Shown here: in pieces, positions 25,935 through 37,800 of the stretch | How the letters are laid out: the number at the start of each line of letters is the position of its first letter | How positions within the stretch are numbered: the first letter of the stretch is position 1 | Assembly (NCBI GenBank): GCA_963773065.1 | Contig: CAVYZN010000011.1 | Location: 256,001 to 320,000, forward strand | DNA length: 64,000 nt | Direction of reading: 5' to 3' | Source of the DNA: an uncultured Gammaproteobacteria bacterium | GTDB lineage: Bacteria > Pseudomonadota > Gammaproteobacteria > UBA9214 | The notes under the pieces: generated by a model | The model's input: the letters and a program-made list of their open reading frames with translations, nothing else | What the model was told of the DNA's origin: nothing | Databases searched by the model: none | Position numbers and translations under genes: made by a program

Positions 25935-26891
25935 ATGACGGAAAACAGTAGTAAGCCCATCGCCGTGCTCGCCCTGAATCCTGCCGTGGATATCAGCTAC
26001 GAGCTGCCGCAACTGATCGCCGACCGCAAGGTCTCCGCGGACCGGACCTCCTACCACCCGGGGGGAAACGGTATCAATGTGGCCCGTTCCTTCACCGAAC
26101 TCGGCATCCCCATCCATTGCACCAGTGTGATCGGGGGGGAAAGCGGCGACCTGTTGTTGCGGCTGCTTGGGGATACCCTGGGCGATAATCATGCCTATTT
26201 TCGGGTCGCGGGCGAGACGCGACTGAATGCCACCCTGCTGCAGAAGTCACCGCCGACCCAGTACGAGGTCGACAGCCGCGGGCCTGAGATTCCACCGGCG
26301 TTGCTGGAGGATCTGTCTAACCGCTTTCTGGCGGACTGCGGCGCGGGTATTGCCATCCTGACCGGTTCGGTCCCGCCCGGTGTGCCGGATGATCATTACC
26401 GTATACTGGCCGAGCGCGTCAAGGCACAGGGTGGCAGGGCGGTGGTCGATGCCTATGGACCGGTGCTGCAGGAGGCCTTGCGGGCGCAACCCTATCTGGT
26501 GCGGCTCAACCGCTATGTCATGGAAATGAATATCAAACGCCGTCTGGAAAACATAGAGGAAGTCGCCATGGCGGCACGCGAAGTCCAGCAGCGCGGCATC
26601 GAGTTCGTGTGTATTTCCCTCGCTTCCGAGGGCGCCATACTGTCCGGCCCCAGGAACAGCTACCACTGCCCCGCACCGCGGGTGCGCGTCCATTCAACGG
26701 TCGGTTGCGGCGATGCGATGGTCGCGGGGCTGGTGGCCGCGCTCTATCGCGGCGAGAACCCTGAGGCCATGCTGCGCTTCGGGGTGATCTGCGGCAGCGC
26801 CACGGCCTCCCACCAGGGAACGGAGCTTTTCACCCGCGCGGAAGTCGAGCAATCCGCATACGACCTGGAGATCACGAAGCTGAATATCTGA
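25935..26891 (+). CDS. 1-phosphofructokinase-family (PfkB) hexose kinase
   Basis: LNPAVD, GGNGINVAR, STVGCGDAMVAG. Confidence 0.88.
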   Translation: MTENSSKPIAVLALNPAVDISYELPQLIADRKVSADRTSYHPGGNGINVARSFTELGIPIHCTSVIGGESGDLLLRLLGDTLGDNHAYFRVAGETRLNATLLQKSPPTQYEVDSRGPEIPPALLEDLSNRFLADCGAGIAILTGSVPPGVPDDHYRILAERVKAQGGRAVVDAYGPVLQEALRAQPYLVRLNRYVMEMNIKRRLENIEEVAMAAREVQQRGIEFVCISLASEGAILSGPRNSYHCPAPRVRVHSTVGCGDAMVAGLVAALYRGENPEAMLRFGVICGSATASHQGTELFTRAEVEQSAYDLEITKLNI

Positions 26892-27037
26892 GCCCGCGGT
26901 GGCCTAGTTTTACTGGAATTCACCGGTAAAATCATTCACGAAACAGGCATGCCCCCGGCGATCGGGGTACACTGGCAAGGAACACGGTCCTGTGCATTGT
27001 TCCCGTTGGTGGTCAACGAGGAAAGGAGAGGCCGGAT

Positions 27038-28328
27038 ATGTCGATAAGATTCGAAGTCGATAGGCGGAATGGGCCGGAGATAGCGCCTGTACTGGGGCTG
27101 CCGAAGCCGGTTCCTCCCAGCCGTGGTCCGGTACACCAGACCGAGCGCTGGCTCACGAAGCGGCTGCTCGAGATGGCCGGCAACCCGCCGCTCGCCATCG
27201 TGCTCTGGGACGGTACCGAGATCAAGACATGCCGTCAGCCGGTGCTCGGCCGGCTGCTGATCCACGATCGCCGCGCGCTGCGGAAACTGGCCGTCAATCC
27301 CGACCTCGAACTCGGTGAACTCTATGGCGCCGGACGCATCGATGTGGAAGGCGACCTCGCGCAGGTACTGGAAATTGTCTATCGCACGCAGACCGCGGCC
27401 CACACCAGCGGCGCCAGGGTTCTGGGGCTGCTGCCGGCAGTGTCGCGGCGTCCACGCAACACGCTCTCGCGTGCCCGCGAAAACATCCATCATCACTACG
27501 ATATCGGCAACGAGTTCTACCGGCTGTGGCTCGATGAGCAGTTGGTGTACACCTGCGCCTATTACCCCACGCAGACCGAAACGCTGGAGCAGGCGCAGCA
27601 CGCCAAGCTCGATTACGTATGCCGCAAGCTGCGCCTCAAGCCCGGTGATCGCGTGGTCGATGCGGGCTGCGGCTGGGGCGCGCTCGCCCTGCACATGGGG
27701 CGCCACTACGGCGTCAGCGTCAAGGCATTCAACATCTCGCATGAGCAGATTGCCTTCGCCCGCGAACGGGCCCGTCGCGAAGGACTGGAGGATCGCGTCG
27801 AATTCATCGAGGACGACTACCGCAACATGAGCGGGGAATTCGACGCGTTTGCCTCCGTCGGGATGCTGGAACACGTCGGCGTGGCCAACTACGGGCAGCT
27901 CGGTGCGCTCGTGGACCGGGTACTGACACCCGAGGGGCGCGGTCTGATCCACAGCATCGGCCGCGATCTAGCCCATGCCGACCAACGCCTGGATCGACCG
28001 GCGAATTTTCCCGGGCGCGCAGCCGCCCAGTATCGGCGAGATGATCGGACTGTTCGAAACCAGAGGTTTCTCGGTGCTGGATGTCGAGAACCTGCGCCTG
28101 CACTACGCGCGCACACTGGAGCACTGGTCCGAGCGTTTCGAGCAGTCGGTCGAGCGCATCCGGGATATGTTCGATGAGTCCTTCGTGCGTGTCTGGCGTA
28201 TGTACCTGGCCAGTTCGATCGCGGCCTTCCGCGGCGGGACGCTGCAGCTCTTCCAGGTGATCTTCACCCGCAGCGGCAACAACGATATACCCTGGACGCG
28301 CCAGTACCTTTACCGGGATGGGGAATGA
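27038..28328 (+). CDS. Cyclopropane-fatty-acyl-phospholipid synthase-family methyltransferase (frameshift near 27970)
   Basis: HHYDIGNEFY, YTCAYY, DAGCGWG, ENLRLHYARTL. Confidence 0.9.
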
Positions 28329-29446
28329 ACCCGGAGCGCTGCGATGCCCTGGTGGTGGGCGGCGGACCGGCCGGATCCAGTTGCGCGTGGAAACTCGTTC
28401 AGGCCGGTCTGGACGTGCTGGTGCTCGACAAGCAGATGTTTCCACGCGACAAGGTGTGCGCGGGCTGGGTGACGCCGCCGGTGCTGGACGCGCTGCGGCT
28501 CGACCTAGAACACTATCGGCGCGAGCGCGTGCTGCAGCCGATCTCGGGATTTCGCACCGGGCTGATCGACGGTTCCCCGGTAGTGACCGGCTATGACCGC
28601 ACGGTGAGCTACGGCATCCGCCGCTGCGAATTCGATCACTATCTGCTGCAACACAGCCATGCCCGCCTGGCGCTCGGTGAACCGCTGGAGAGCATCGAGC
28701 GAGTTGCCGGCCACTGGCTGGTCAACAATCGCATCGAATCACCGCTGCTGATCGGCGCGGGCGGACACTTCTGTCCGGTTGCGCGCCATCTCGGGGCGAG
28801 TCTGGGTGGTGATGAACGCGTGGTGGCCGCAAAGGAGATCGAGTTTGAAATGAGTGTGGCGCAACGGCGCGCCTGCCGCATCGAGGCGGAACGGCCCGAG
28901 CTGTATTTTTGCCGCGACCTGCAGGGTTACGGCTGGGTGTTCCGCAAGGGCGACTACCTCAACATCGGCCTGGGGCGTGAAGACAATCATAAACTGGCCG
29001 AACATGTCGAGGATTTCCTGGCCTTCCTCCGGCGCGCGCACAGGATTGAGAATGACATATCCGGCCGCTTCAAGGGCCACGCCTACATACTGCATGGTCA
29101 CGTCGATCGCAAGCGGCTGGACGATGGCGTGCTGCTGATCGGCGATGCCGCGGGGCTTGCTTACCCGCAGAGCGGTGAAGGCATCCGTCCGGCGGTCGAG
29201 TCCGGCCTGCTCGCCGCCGCGGCGATCATCGCCGCGGACGGTGACTTTTGCGCCGCACGACTCGCGCCTTATTGCCGGCGCCTCGACGAACGTTTCGGCA
29301 TGGGCAGAGCATCCACACCCGGTGCCTTGGCCGCTGTTCTGCGTAATTTCCTTGGCAGCAGGCTGCTCGGTAATGTTTGGTTTACCCGCAACGTGGTGCT
29401 GGACCGCTGGTTCCTGCATAGCCGACAGGCGCCCCTGCGTACCTAG
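28325..29446 (+). CDS. FAD-dependent oxidoreductase, geranylgeranyl-reductase family
   Basis: VVGGGPAGS, FPRDKVCAG, GYGWVF, LIGDAAG...GEGIRPA; overlaps the upstream stop codon. Confidence 0.88.
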   Translation: MNPERCDALVVGGGPAGSSCAWKLVQAGLDVLVLDKQMFPRDKVCAGWVTPPVLDALRLDLEHYRRERVLQPISGFRTGLIDGSPVVTGYDRTVSYGIRRCEFDHYLLQHSHARLALGEPLESIERVAGHWLVNNRIESPLLIGAGGHFCPVARHLGASLGGDERVVAAKEIEFEMSVAQRRACRIEAERPELYFCRDLQGYGWVFRKGDYLNIGLGREDNHKLAEHVEDFLAFLRRAHRIENDISGRFKGHAYILHGHVDRKRLDDGVLLIGDAAGLAYPQSGEGIRPAVESGLLAAAAIIAADGDFCAARLAPYCRRLDERFGMGRASTPGALAAVLRNFLGSRLLGNVWFTRNVVLDRWFLHSRQAPLRT

Positions 29447-29640
29447 CCCGCGTTGGCCGCTGGCAAGTAAAAAAGTACACTGAGGTGCCTGCATGCCTTC
29501 CGCGCGCCGTGTGCTCCGGCGGCCAAGGAAGCGACTGGATTGCCTGTGCAGCCTTGTTCTTACAGCCACTGCCTCAAAACCATTCTATCGTGTATGAGGC
29601 GACATTTTTTCTTGTCTACCGGTACGGATCGGGGTCGCAT

Positions 29641-31426
29641 ATGAGTGTATTCAAAATGGCCAACCTCAAGTGGCGCCGGATATTCCCGTTTTTGGGGTGG
29701 TGGCCGCTGCTTGGCCGGGAGTCGCTGCGGGCCGATTTCTTTGCGGGTCTTACCGGCGCCGTCATCGTGCTGCCCCAAGGTGTTGCTTTTGCCTTGATCG
29801 CCGGCCTGCCGCCGCAGTACGGTCTCTATACTGCCATCGTGACGCCGATCGTGGCGGGATTGTTCGGTTCTTCGCGTCACCTGATCTCGGGGCCCACCAC
29901 CGCGATTTCCATCGTGGTATTGGCCACGGTCAAGCCCTTCGCGGTGCCCGGCAGCCCGGATTTCATCAATATGGTGCTGACCCTGACCTTCCTCGCCGGC
30001 GCTTTTCAACTGGCCCTCGGCCTGGCACGCATGGGCCAGCTGGTCAATTTCATCTCCCACAGCGTGGTGATCGGCTTTACCGCGGGTGCCGCCATCCTCA
30101 TCGCCACCAGTCAGCTCAAGCATTATATTGGTGTGAAGCTGCCGCCTGGCGAGTCCTTCGTGCATACCGTGGATCGACCTGTATGGCCAGTTGCCGAATC
30201 TCAACGGCTATGCCGCCGCAACGGCCAGCGTCACCCTGCTAACCGCCATCCTGTTCAGGCGTTACCGGCCGCGCTGGCCGGGCATGCTGTTCGCCATGGT
30301 CCTCGGCAGCCTGACGAGCCTGTTGATGGCGGGCGAGCAGCACGGGGTCAACCTGGTCGGTTCCCTGCCGGCCCGGCTGCCACCTCTGTCGCACCCCGAT
30401 TTCTCCCTGGCGACGATACGTCTCCTCGGCCCGGGGGCACTGGCGGTGGCGCTGCTGGGTCTTATCGAGGCGGTGTCCATCGCACGCGCGATCGCGACCC
30501 GGTCGGGCCAGCGCATCAACGGCGACCAGGAATTCATCGGCCAGGGTCTCTCCAATATGGTCGGCAGCTTCTTCTCGAGTTACGCCGGTTCCGGTTCCTT
30601 TACCCGCTCCGGCATCAACTACCAGGCGGGCGCCCGCACGCCCATGGCAGCCTTATTTGCGGCGCTCATGCTGGCGGTCGTGCTGCTGGTGGTGGCGCCA
30701 CTCACCGCCTATCTGCCGATGCCCGCCATGGCGGGCATCATCCTGCTGGTGGCTTACAACCTGATCGATTTCCACCACATCAGGCAGGTCCTCCGCGCAA
30801 GCCAGTCGGATGCGGCCGTGCTGATCACCACCTTCCTGTCGACCCTGTTCCTGGAGCTGGAGTTCGCGATCTATATCGGGGTGATCCTGTCGCTGGTGCT
30901 GTATCTGAACCGTACCTCAAAACCGCGCATCTACACGGTGGCGCCCGACCCGGCCGACGGGCTGCGGCGCATGGCCGTGAAGACGGGCCTCAAGGAATGC
31001 CCGCAGCTGCGCATCATCCGTATCGACGGTTCGCTGTTCTTCGGGGCGGTGAATCACGTAGCCGGGACCTTCCACATGTTCGAACAGCGGGATTCCGAGC
31101 GCCGCCATCTCCTGATCGTGGCCAGCGGCATCAATTTCATGGACGTCGCGGGCGCGGAACTGTTGATCGAGGAGGCCCGGCGCCGGCGCAAGCATGGCGG
31201 CGGCCTTTACTTGGCGAAGGCGAAGGAGGGCTTGTGCGAGTCGTTGCGCAAGGGCGGCTACCTGGAGGAGTTCGGCGCGGAGAACGTTTTCCAGTCCAAG
31301 GGCGAGGCCATTGCGGCGATCTTCGAGAAGCTTGACCGGGAACGTTGCCGCCGCTGTGACAAGCGCATTTTCAGCGAATGTGCGACGGTCGAGTTCGTCG
31401 GGCTGCCGGGTGAGGCCGTCCACTGA
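29641..31426 (+). CDS. SulP family anion transporter with STAS domain (frameshift near 30175)
   Basis: LPQGVAFALIAGLPPQYGLY, GSGSFTRS, RIDGSLFFG. Confidence 0.92.
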
Positions 31427-31789
31427 GCGCGAGGGTCTCTTCCCGTGCCATCTACAGGAAACGGCGGATTAACCGAGAACGCATTTCGATCAACCGAGTT
31501 TCCTGCCGTAAGGAAAGGTGACAGTTGTCACAGTTCGGAAGATCAGGTTTTAAACTGTCCTTCGATGCCGATGTAGTTGTGGATCGGCCTGATGCATTAG
31601 CTACGAATGTAATCGAAATGACATGCAAGGCGCGCGGCGCAACATGTCTGCTGAGCGAAACGGATGCCGCCGGTGGACACGAAGCCGGGAGACAGGAAGT
31701 GCAGAGGGACGCAAGAGCGTCATCGCAATGCCGATGCTGAAATCGACGCCGTCGCATGATACGTGTAAACATCAAGAAGGGGGCAAATC

Positions 31790-33295
31790 ATGAAATGCAG
31801 TATATCCTTGTTTGTGGCGAGTTCGTTCCTGTCGGGTATTATCGCGGCATCAGGCGTTGCCTATTCCCGGTCCACCGATGCCGGGGTCAGGTTTTTCGGA
31901 CGGGGGGCGCCGGCAAATATTCAAGGTCTGCCTGCGGGAGATTTGCGCAAGTCCATCGAATCCCTTCCAGCGCAGGCACGCGACCGCGCCCTCGCCTGGC
32001 TGCGCGTCGTCGAGTTCAGTGAACAGGATCTGCCGTACATGAAGGTCGATCCGCAGGGTGGCATCTACTACGCCGATACCTTCATCAGCGACCAGGCATC
32101 CCGATCCCGGACGGCGAAACCCGATGGCTTGCCATCGGGAACGATGACCGGGAAGGCGCTCTTCAAGCTTCACAGCCGCCCTGGCGCCTCACACACCATC
32201 TATGTTGACTTTGACGGCGGCGTCGTCAGCGGGACGGCGTGGAACACCTACCGTGGGGTCCAGGCATGGAAGGCAATGCCGTACGACACCGACGGGAAGA
32301 AAGATTCCTTCAGCAGCGGTGAAATCAACGACATGACGGAGATCTGGCAGCAGGTTGCCGAGGATTATCTGCCATTTGACGTTGACGTGACCACCGAAGA
32401 TCCCGGCAAACTCGGGCCGAAAACCGGCTGGATTCTCGTCACCAACAGCACTGACGGCAGCGCGAAGCCGCTGCCGGAACCGGGCGCCGGAGGTGTGGCC
32501 TATCTCAACACCTTCGGTTACAGCCAAACCGCATATTATTCGCCGGTCTTCGTCTACTACAACAACCTGAACTCTCCCGCGGCGGTGGGCGATGTTGTCT
32601 CCCACGAGATGGCGCACACGGTGGGTCTGACGCATGATGGAACAACGGATACCGGGAAAACCGGGAGCCACGACGGCAGCATTGTTTCATGGTCGCCGAT
32701 CATGAGCCTCGACCACTCCGGTCATATTACCCAATGGAGCCGTGGCGATTACCGGGGTGCGACCAATACCCAGGATGACATCGGCATCCTCACCGGCTCG
32801 CTGGGTCTGCGGGGGGATGACCATGAGGACAGCCGATTCGCAAAAGCGACACCGCTACTCATCGATGCACGCGGGCGGATCGACGGTAACGATGTCGATA
32901 TCGATGTAAACCACTCACGCACTGGGAACCGGGGTGTTATCGAGAATCGTGACGATATTGACGCCTTTTTCTTCAATGCGGGGGCGGGGGAGGTGGATAT
33001 CAAGGTAACGCCGGCATGGGAGGCATATCACCAGAGTCCCCACCTGGGCGCCAATCTGGACATCCATCTTGTGCTCTATAACGCCGCTGGCAAGAAGATC
33101 GCGGAGAGCGATCCGCGCAACGATACCGCCGCCAACCTCAAGGTCAAGATTCCCGCCGGGCGTTACAGCCTCGAGGTCGAAGGGGTGGGCAATACCGCTA
33201 TTCCCTATTCAGATTACGGCAGCCTCGGCCAGTATTACATCGCCGGTTCGGTTCCCCCGCGAGGGAATCAGGCGGTTGTAGGGCTGACAAAGTAA
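31790..33295 (+). CDS. Secreted metzincin zinc metalloprotease with C-terminal PPC-like domain
   Basis: Signal peptide, HEMAHTVGLTH (HExxHxxGxxH), Met-turn PIMS, YSDYGSLGQY. Confidence 0.8.
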   Translation: MKCSISLFVASSFLSGIIAASGVAYSRSTDAGVRFFGRGAPANIQGLPAGDLRKSIESLPAQARDRALAWLRVVEFSEQDLPYMKVDPQGGIYYADTFISDQASRSRTAKPDGLPSGTMTGKALFKLHSRPGASHTIYVDFDGGVVSGTAWNTYRGVQAWKAMPYDTDGKKDSFSSGEINDMTEIWQQVAEDYLPFDVDVTTEDPGKLGPKTGWILVTNSTDGSAKPLPEPGAGGVAYLNTFGYSQTAYYSPVFVYYNNLNSPAAVGDVVSHEMAHTVGLTHDGTTDTGKTGSHDGSIVSWSPIMSLDHSGHITQWSRGDYRGATNTQDDIGILTGSLGLRGDDHEDSRFAKATPLLIDARGRIDGNDVDIDVNHSRTGNRGVIENRDDIDAFFFNAGAGEVDIKVTPAWEAYHQSPHLGANLDIHLVLYNAAGKKIAESDPRNDTAANLKVKIPAGRYSLEVEGVGNTAIPYSDYGSLGQYYIAGSVPPRGNQAVVGLTK

Positions 33296-33384
33296 TCTTT
33301 AACGGTTGTTCACTGAACCCATCCGAAAGGGGTGAAAGGTACACCGGAAGCGTATCAGGGTACCTTTACCCCGATTCAAATGAA

Positions 33385-34646
33385 ATGCTAAATGCGCAGG
33401 TAAAGCGCATACACCAGCAGGTTGATGCAGGTGACCGGGATACCGACCCGCGCGAACTCCACAAAACCGAGGGTCTCGCCGTGGCGTTCCGCGCGCTGGA
33501 TGATAATGACATTGCTTGCCGCGCCGAGGATCAGCAGATTGCCGGCGATGGTGCTGCCTGCCGCCAGCGCGAGCAGTGCAGGTGGTTCCCGCCTGCAGGC
33601 TTCTGAAGATATGGCAGATAGAGCGCCACGAGCGGCACATTCGAGATGAATTGGCTGACCAGGACGCTCACGCCGAGCACCCAGGACAGCCCAGCAAGCT
33701 GTCGGTGCCCAGCCGGTGCTTAGCTGTTGGAACACATCCTGTCTGCCACACGCTGGCCATCAGCACGAACATCGCGGCGAAAAACACCAGTGTGCTCCAG
33801 TCGAGGGACCGCAGCGACGTGTCCCCGCCGGGGACTAAACAGCAGGACCGGCAGGGCACCGGCCAGGGCTACGGCGCTTAGCGGCACATCAAAATCCGGT
33901 TTGAGAACGACAATGACCGACTCGTAGGGTAATGGCGGCGACCACGACAGCGACTCCCGTCCAGGCGAGACGGGCGAGCGCTGGCGTCCCGGAGGGTGAC
34001 CACGGGATGCACGAGCGGGGTACGGTGAAAGGCAGCCCGATAGCGCCAGCGCAGCACGCCGTAGGTGAGCAGCAGATTGAGGAGGGTGGGCACGGCCAGT
34101 GCCCCGGCAAACGTCAGAAAGGGCGAAGGCACCGGTCCGCGTATCGCGATGAGCAGGTTCTGCGGGTTGCCGATCGGGCTGGCCACGCTGCCGATGGTGA
34201 TGCCGAACGCCAGCGTCAGCAGCAGCAGACGTGCGTCGATCCGGTGTTCGCGGGCGAGCTGCAGCGCCAGGGCCGTGCCGATCACCGCGAGGGTGTCGTT
34301 CATGAGCAGGGCCGAGGCGAGGCCGCTGCCGTAACAGCAGGGCGAGTACCAGCGCATCGGTCGAGCGAATCCGGTCGAGCATGGCATAGGCCACGGCATA
34401 GAGGGCGCCGCTTTCCACCAGCGCCTCGCCCAGCACGAACATCCCGAACAGGAACACCATCACGTCCGGCTCGATGGCGCGCAGCGCATCAGCGGGCGTG
34501 ATGGCGCCGGTGAGCAGCACCAGCAGGGCGCCGCCGGTCATGGCCTGCCAGATCCTGACGGGAAAGCGCCCGATCTTGCGCGCGGCGATGACAACCAGCA
34601 CGGCGGCCAGTGCAAGCAAGGGGATATAGGCGCTGACGGCTGCCAT
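33385..34646 (-). CDS. ArsB/NhaD/SLC13-type anion transporter, multiply frameshifted
   Basis: SALLMNDTLA, SPIGNPQN, LDWSTLVFF and STIAGNLLILGAASNVII spread over several frames. Confidence 0.8.
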
Positions 34647-34874
34647 AGGTCAGGGTGGTCGGGTCTAGGAGACGGTAATGTGCGGTCAGAATGTCATGAG
34701 CCGGCGGAAGTAGAGCATTATCGGCGCGTGTTGTCACCGGCTGTGGTGAACAACAGGGGCTGTCGCCCCGCACACCCCAGGGGTTACGCGTTTCCGGTTG
34801 CCGCGGCGTGCTGTTCCGGTAACATGGTGAATTCCCGCAAACCCAGCCGCCATCACGCGACCGACATCAGACTC

Positions 34875-37800
34875 ATGCCGAAGGAAATCCTGCGCATCCG
34901 CGGCGCCCGTCAGAACAACCTGAAAAACCTCGACCTGGACCTGCCGCTCAACGAACTGATCGTGGTGACCGGGGTGAGCGGTTCGGGCAAGTCCTCGCTC
35001 GCCTTCGACACCGTCTACGCCGAGGGTCAGCGCCGTTACGTCGAGACCTTCTCGCCCTATGCGCGCCAGTTCCTCGACCGCATGGACAAGCCCGGGGTGG
35101 ATCGCATCGAGGGCATTCCGCCGGCCATTGCCATCGACCAGACCAACCCGGTGCGCACCTCGCGCTCGACGGTCGGCACCATGACCGAGCTCAACGATCA
35201 CCTCAAGCTGCTGTTCGCGCGCGCCACGCGGCTCTATTGCCGCGGCTGCGGCCAGCCGGTGCGCCGCGACAGCCCGGACAGCATCGTCGCGGCGCTGCTG
35301 GCGAGTGTCGGCAAGGACGGCCCGCGCGCCTTGATCACCTTTGCCATCGAGGTGCCGGAGAATTTCACCCCGGCCGAGGTCGAACAGCAATTGGCCCAGC
35401 AGGGTTACACGCGTCTTCACGCGCGCGCGGGCCGGCGCCTGGAGGTGATACAGGACCGGGTGCGCCTCACCGCGGCGCACCGCGCGCGCCTGGTCGAAGC
35501 GCTGGAGACGGCACTCCGGCACGGTCGCGGCCGGTTGAGCGTGCATGCCCTGGATGAAGCGGGCAACACCGGCGCGACCTGGCGGTTCTCCCGCGAGCTG
35601 CACTGCGCCGATTGCGACATCCACTACCAGGAGCCGACGCCAAACCATTTTTCCTTCAACTCTCCCATCGGCGCCTGCGAGACCTGCCGCGGTTTCGGCC
35701 GCACCCTGGGAATCGACTACGACCTGGTGATCCCGGATGGCGCCAGGACGCTGGCCGCCGGCGCCGTGAAACCCTGGCAGAGCGAGTCCTATCTGGAATG
35801 CCAGGGCGACCTGATGCGCTTTGCCAGGAAGCGCGGCATTCCCGTGGACGTGCCCTGGGAAAAACTCACCCGGGCGCAGCAGCGCTGGGTGCTGGACGGC
35901 GAGGGTGATTGGGATGACGGCGTCTGGTACGGCGCGCGGCGCTTCTTCGACTGGCTCGAGACCAAGAGCTACAAGATGCACATCCGCGTACTGCTCTCCC
36001 GCTACCGCGCGTACAACGTATGCCGGACCTGCGCGGGCGCGCGCCTCAAGCCCGAGGCCCTGCTGTGGCGGCTGGGGAGCCGCGAGAACGCCGATGACGT
36101 GTTGCCACCCGGGGAACGTTTTAAGCCTTGCGGCACCACGCTGACGGACAAGGCATGGCGCGGCCTGCCGGGCCTGACCATACACGATGTCATGCGGCTG
36201 CCGCTGGAACGCTGTGCGCGGTTTCTCGCCGGTCTCGATCTGCCCGGGCCGCTGGATGAGGCCACCGAACTGCTGCTGGGTGAAATCCACGCGCGCCTGC
36301 GTTACCTGGTCGAGGTCGGCCTCGGCTATCTCACCCTCGATCGCCAGTCGCGCACCCTGAGCGGCGGCGAGGTGCAGCGCATCAACCTGACCACGGCGCT
36401 CGGCACCTCGCTGGTCAATACCCTGTTCGTGCTGGACGAACCGAGCATCGGCCTGCACCCGCGCGACATGCACCGCGTGATCGGCGTACTGCACCGCCTG
36501 CGCGATGCCGGCAACACCCTGCTGGTGGTCGAGCACGACCCGCAGATCATGCTGGCCGCCGACCGCATCCTCGACCTGGGGCCGGGACCGGGCGAGCGCG
36601 GCGGGCGGCAGGTGTTTTTCGGCACACCGAAACAGCTGCTGCGCGCGCAGCATTCGCTCACCGCGCAATACCTGCGCGGTGAAAAGACCGTAACCGGTGA
36701 TACGGAGACGGTCCCCTTTGTTCCCGGAAAAAAGGGGACCGTCCCCTTCCTGGAGATCCGTGGCGCCGCAGCGCACAACCTGAAATCGATCAATGTCGCG
36801 CTGCCGCTGAATCGCCTGGTGTGTCTCACCGGGGTGAGCGGTTCCGGCAAGTCGACCTTGGTGCAGGACGTGCTTTACAACGCCATCGCCAAGCTCAAGG
36901 GCACGCCGGTCGATCCGCCGGGCGCATACCGCGCCATTTACGGTCATGAGCATATCGCCTCGGCGGTGCTGGTCGACCAGTCGCCGATCGGCAAAACAAC
37001 CCGTTCCAACCCGGTCAGTTACGTCGGCGCCTGGAGCGCCATCCGCGAACGTTTCGCCGCCGAACCCGAGGCGAAGGCGCGCGGTTACCGGCCTGGCACC
37101 TTCAGCTTCAACTCCGGCACCGGACGCTGTCCGACCTGCGGCGGCAATGGCTTCGAACACGTGGAAATGCAATTCCTGAGCGACGTCTACCTGCGCTGCC
37201 CGGCCTGCGACGGCCGGCGCTACCGGCCCGAGGTGCTGGAAATCAAATTGCGTGGCAAATCGGTCGCCGACATCCTGGCCCTGACCGTCAGCGAAGCGCT
37301 GGCCTTCTTCCATGACCAGCCCGTCGTGCTCCGGGCGCTGGAACCGCTGGCCGCGGTGGGACTGGATTATCTGACGCTCGGCCAGCCGGTGCCGACCTTG
37401 AGCGGGGGCGAGGCGCAGCGTCTCAAACTCGCCGGCCATCTCGCCCGGGCCAGGGAAAAGAGGACCTTGTTCCTGTTCGACGAGCCAACCACGGGGCTGC
37501 ACTTCGATGACATCCGCACGCTGCTGCAGGCGTTCCGGCGGCTGCTCGATGACGGGCATTCCCTGCTCGTCATCGAACACAACCTGGACGTGATCCTGGC
37601 GGCCGACTGGGTCATCGACCTGGGGCCGGAAGGCGGCGAGGCCGGTGGCGCGGTCGTGTGCGCCGGCACACCGGCGGAAATAGCCGACCATGAAACCAGC
37701 CATACCGGCGCGGCGTTGCGGGAGTACCGGAAAATAGGGGTCAGACCCCTTTTTCCGTTGGTGTCTGGAAATAAGGTAAAGGTAAGTCGTAGAAAAAAAG

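Noticed and set aside
31430-31790. Possible c-di-GMP riboswitch (GGGACGCAA) upstream of the metalloprotease
   Set aside because: Lacks the upstream GGCAAA/GNRA P2 stem; cannot be supported without a covariance search.
33326-33372. Inverted repeat GGGGTGAAAGGTAC...GTACCTTTACCCC as a novel ncRNA
   Set aside because: Lies between convergent genes and is most simply a REP-like or terminator hairpin.
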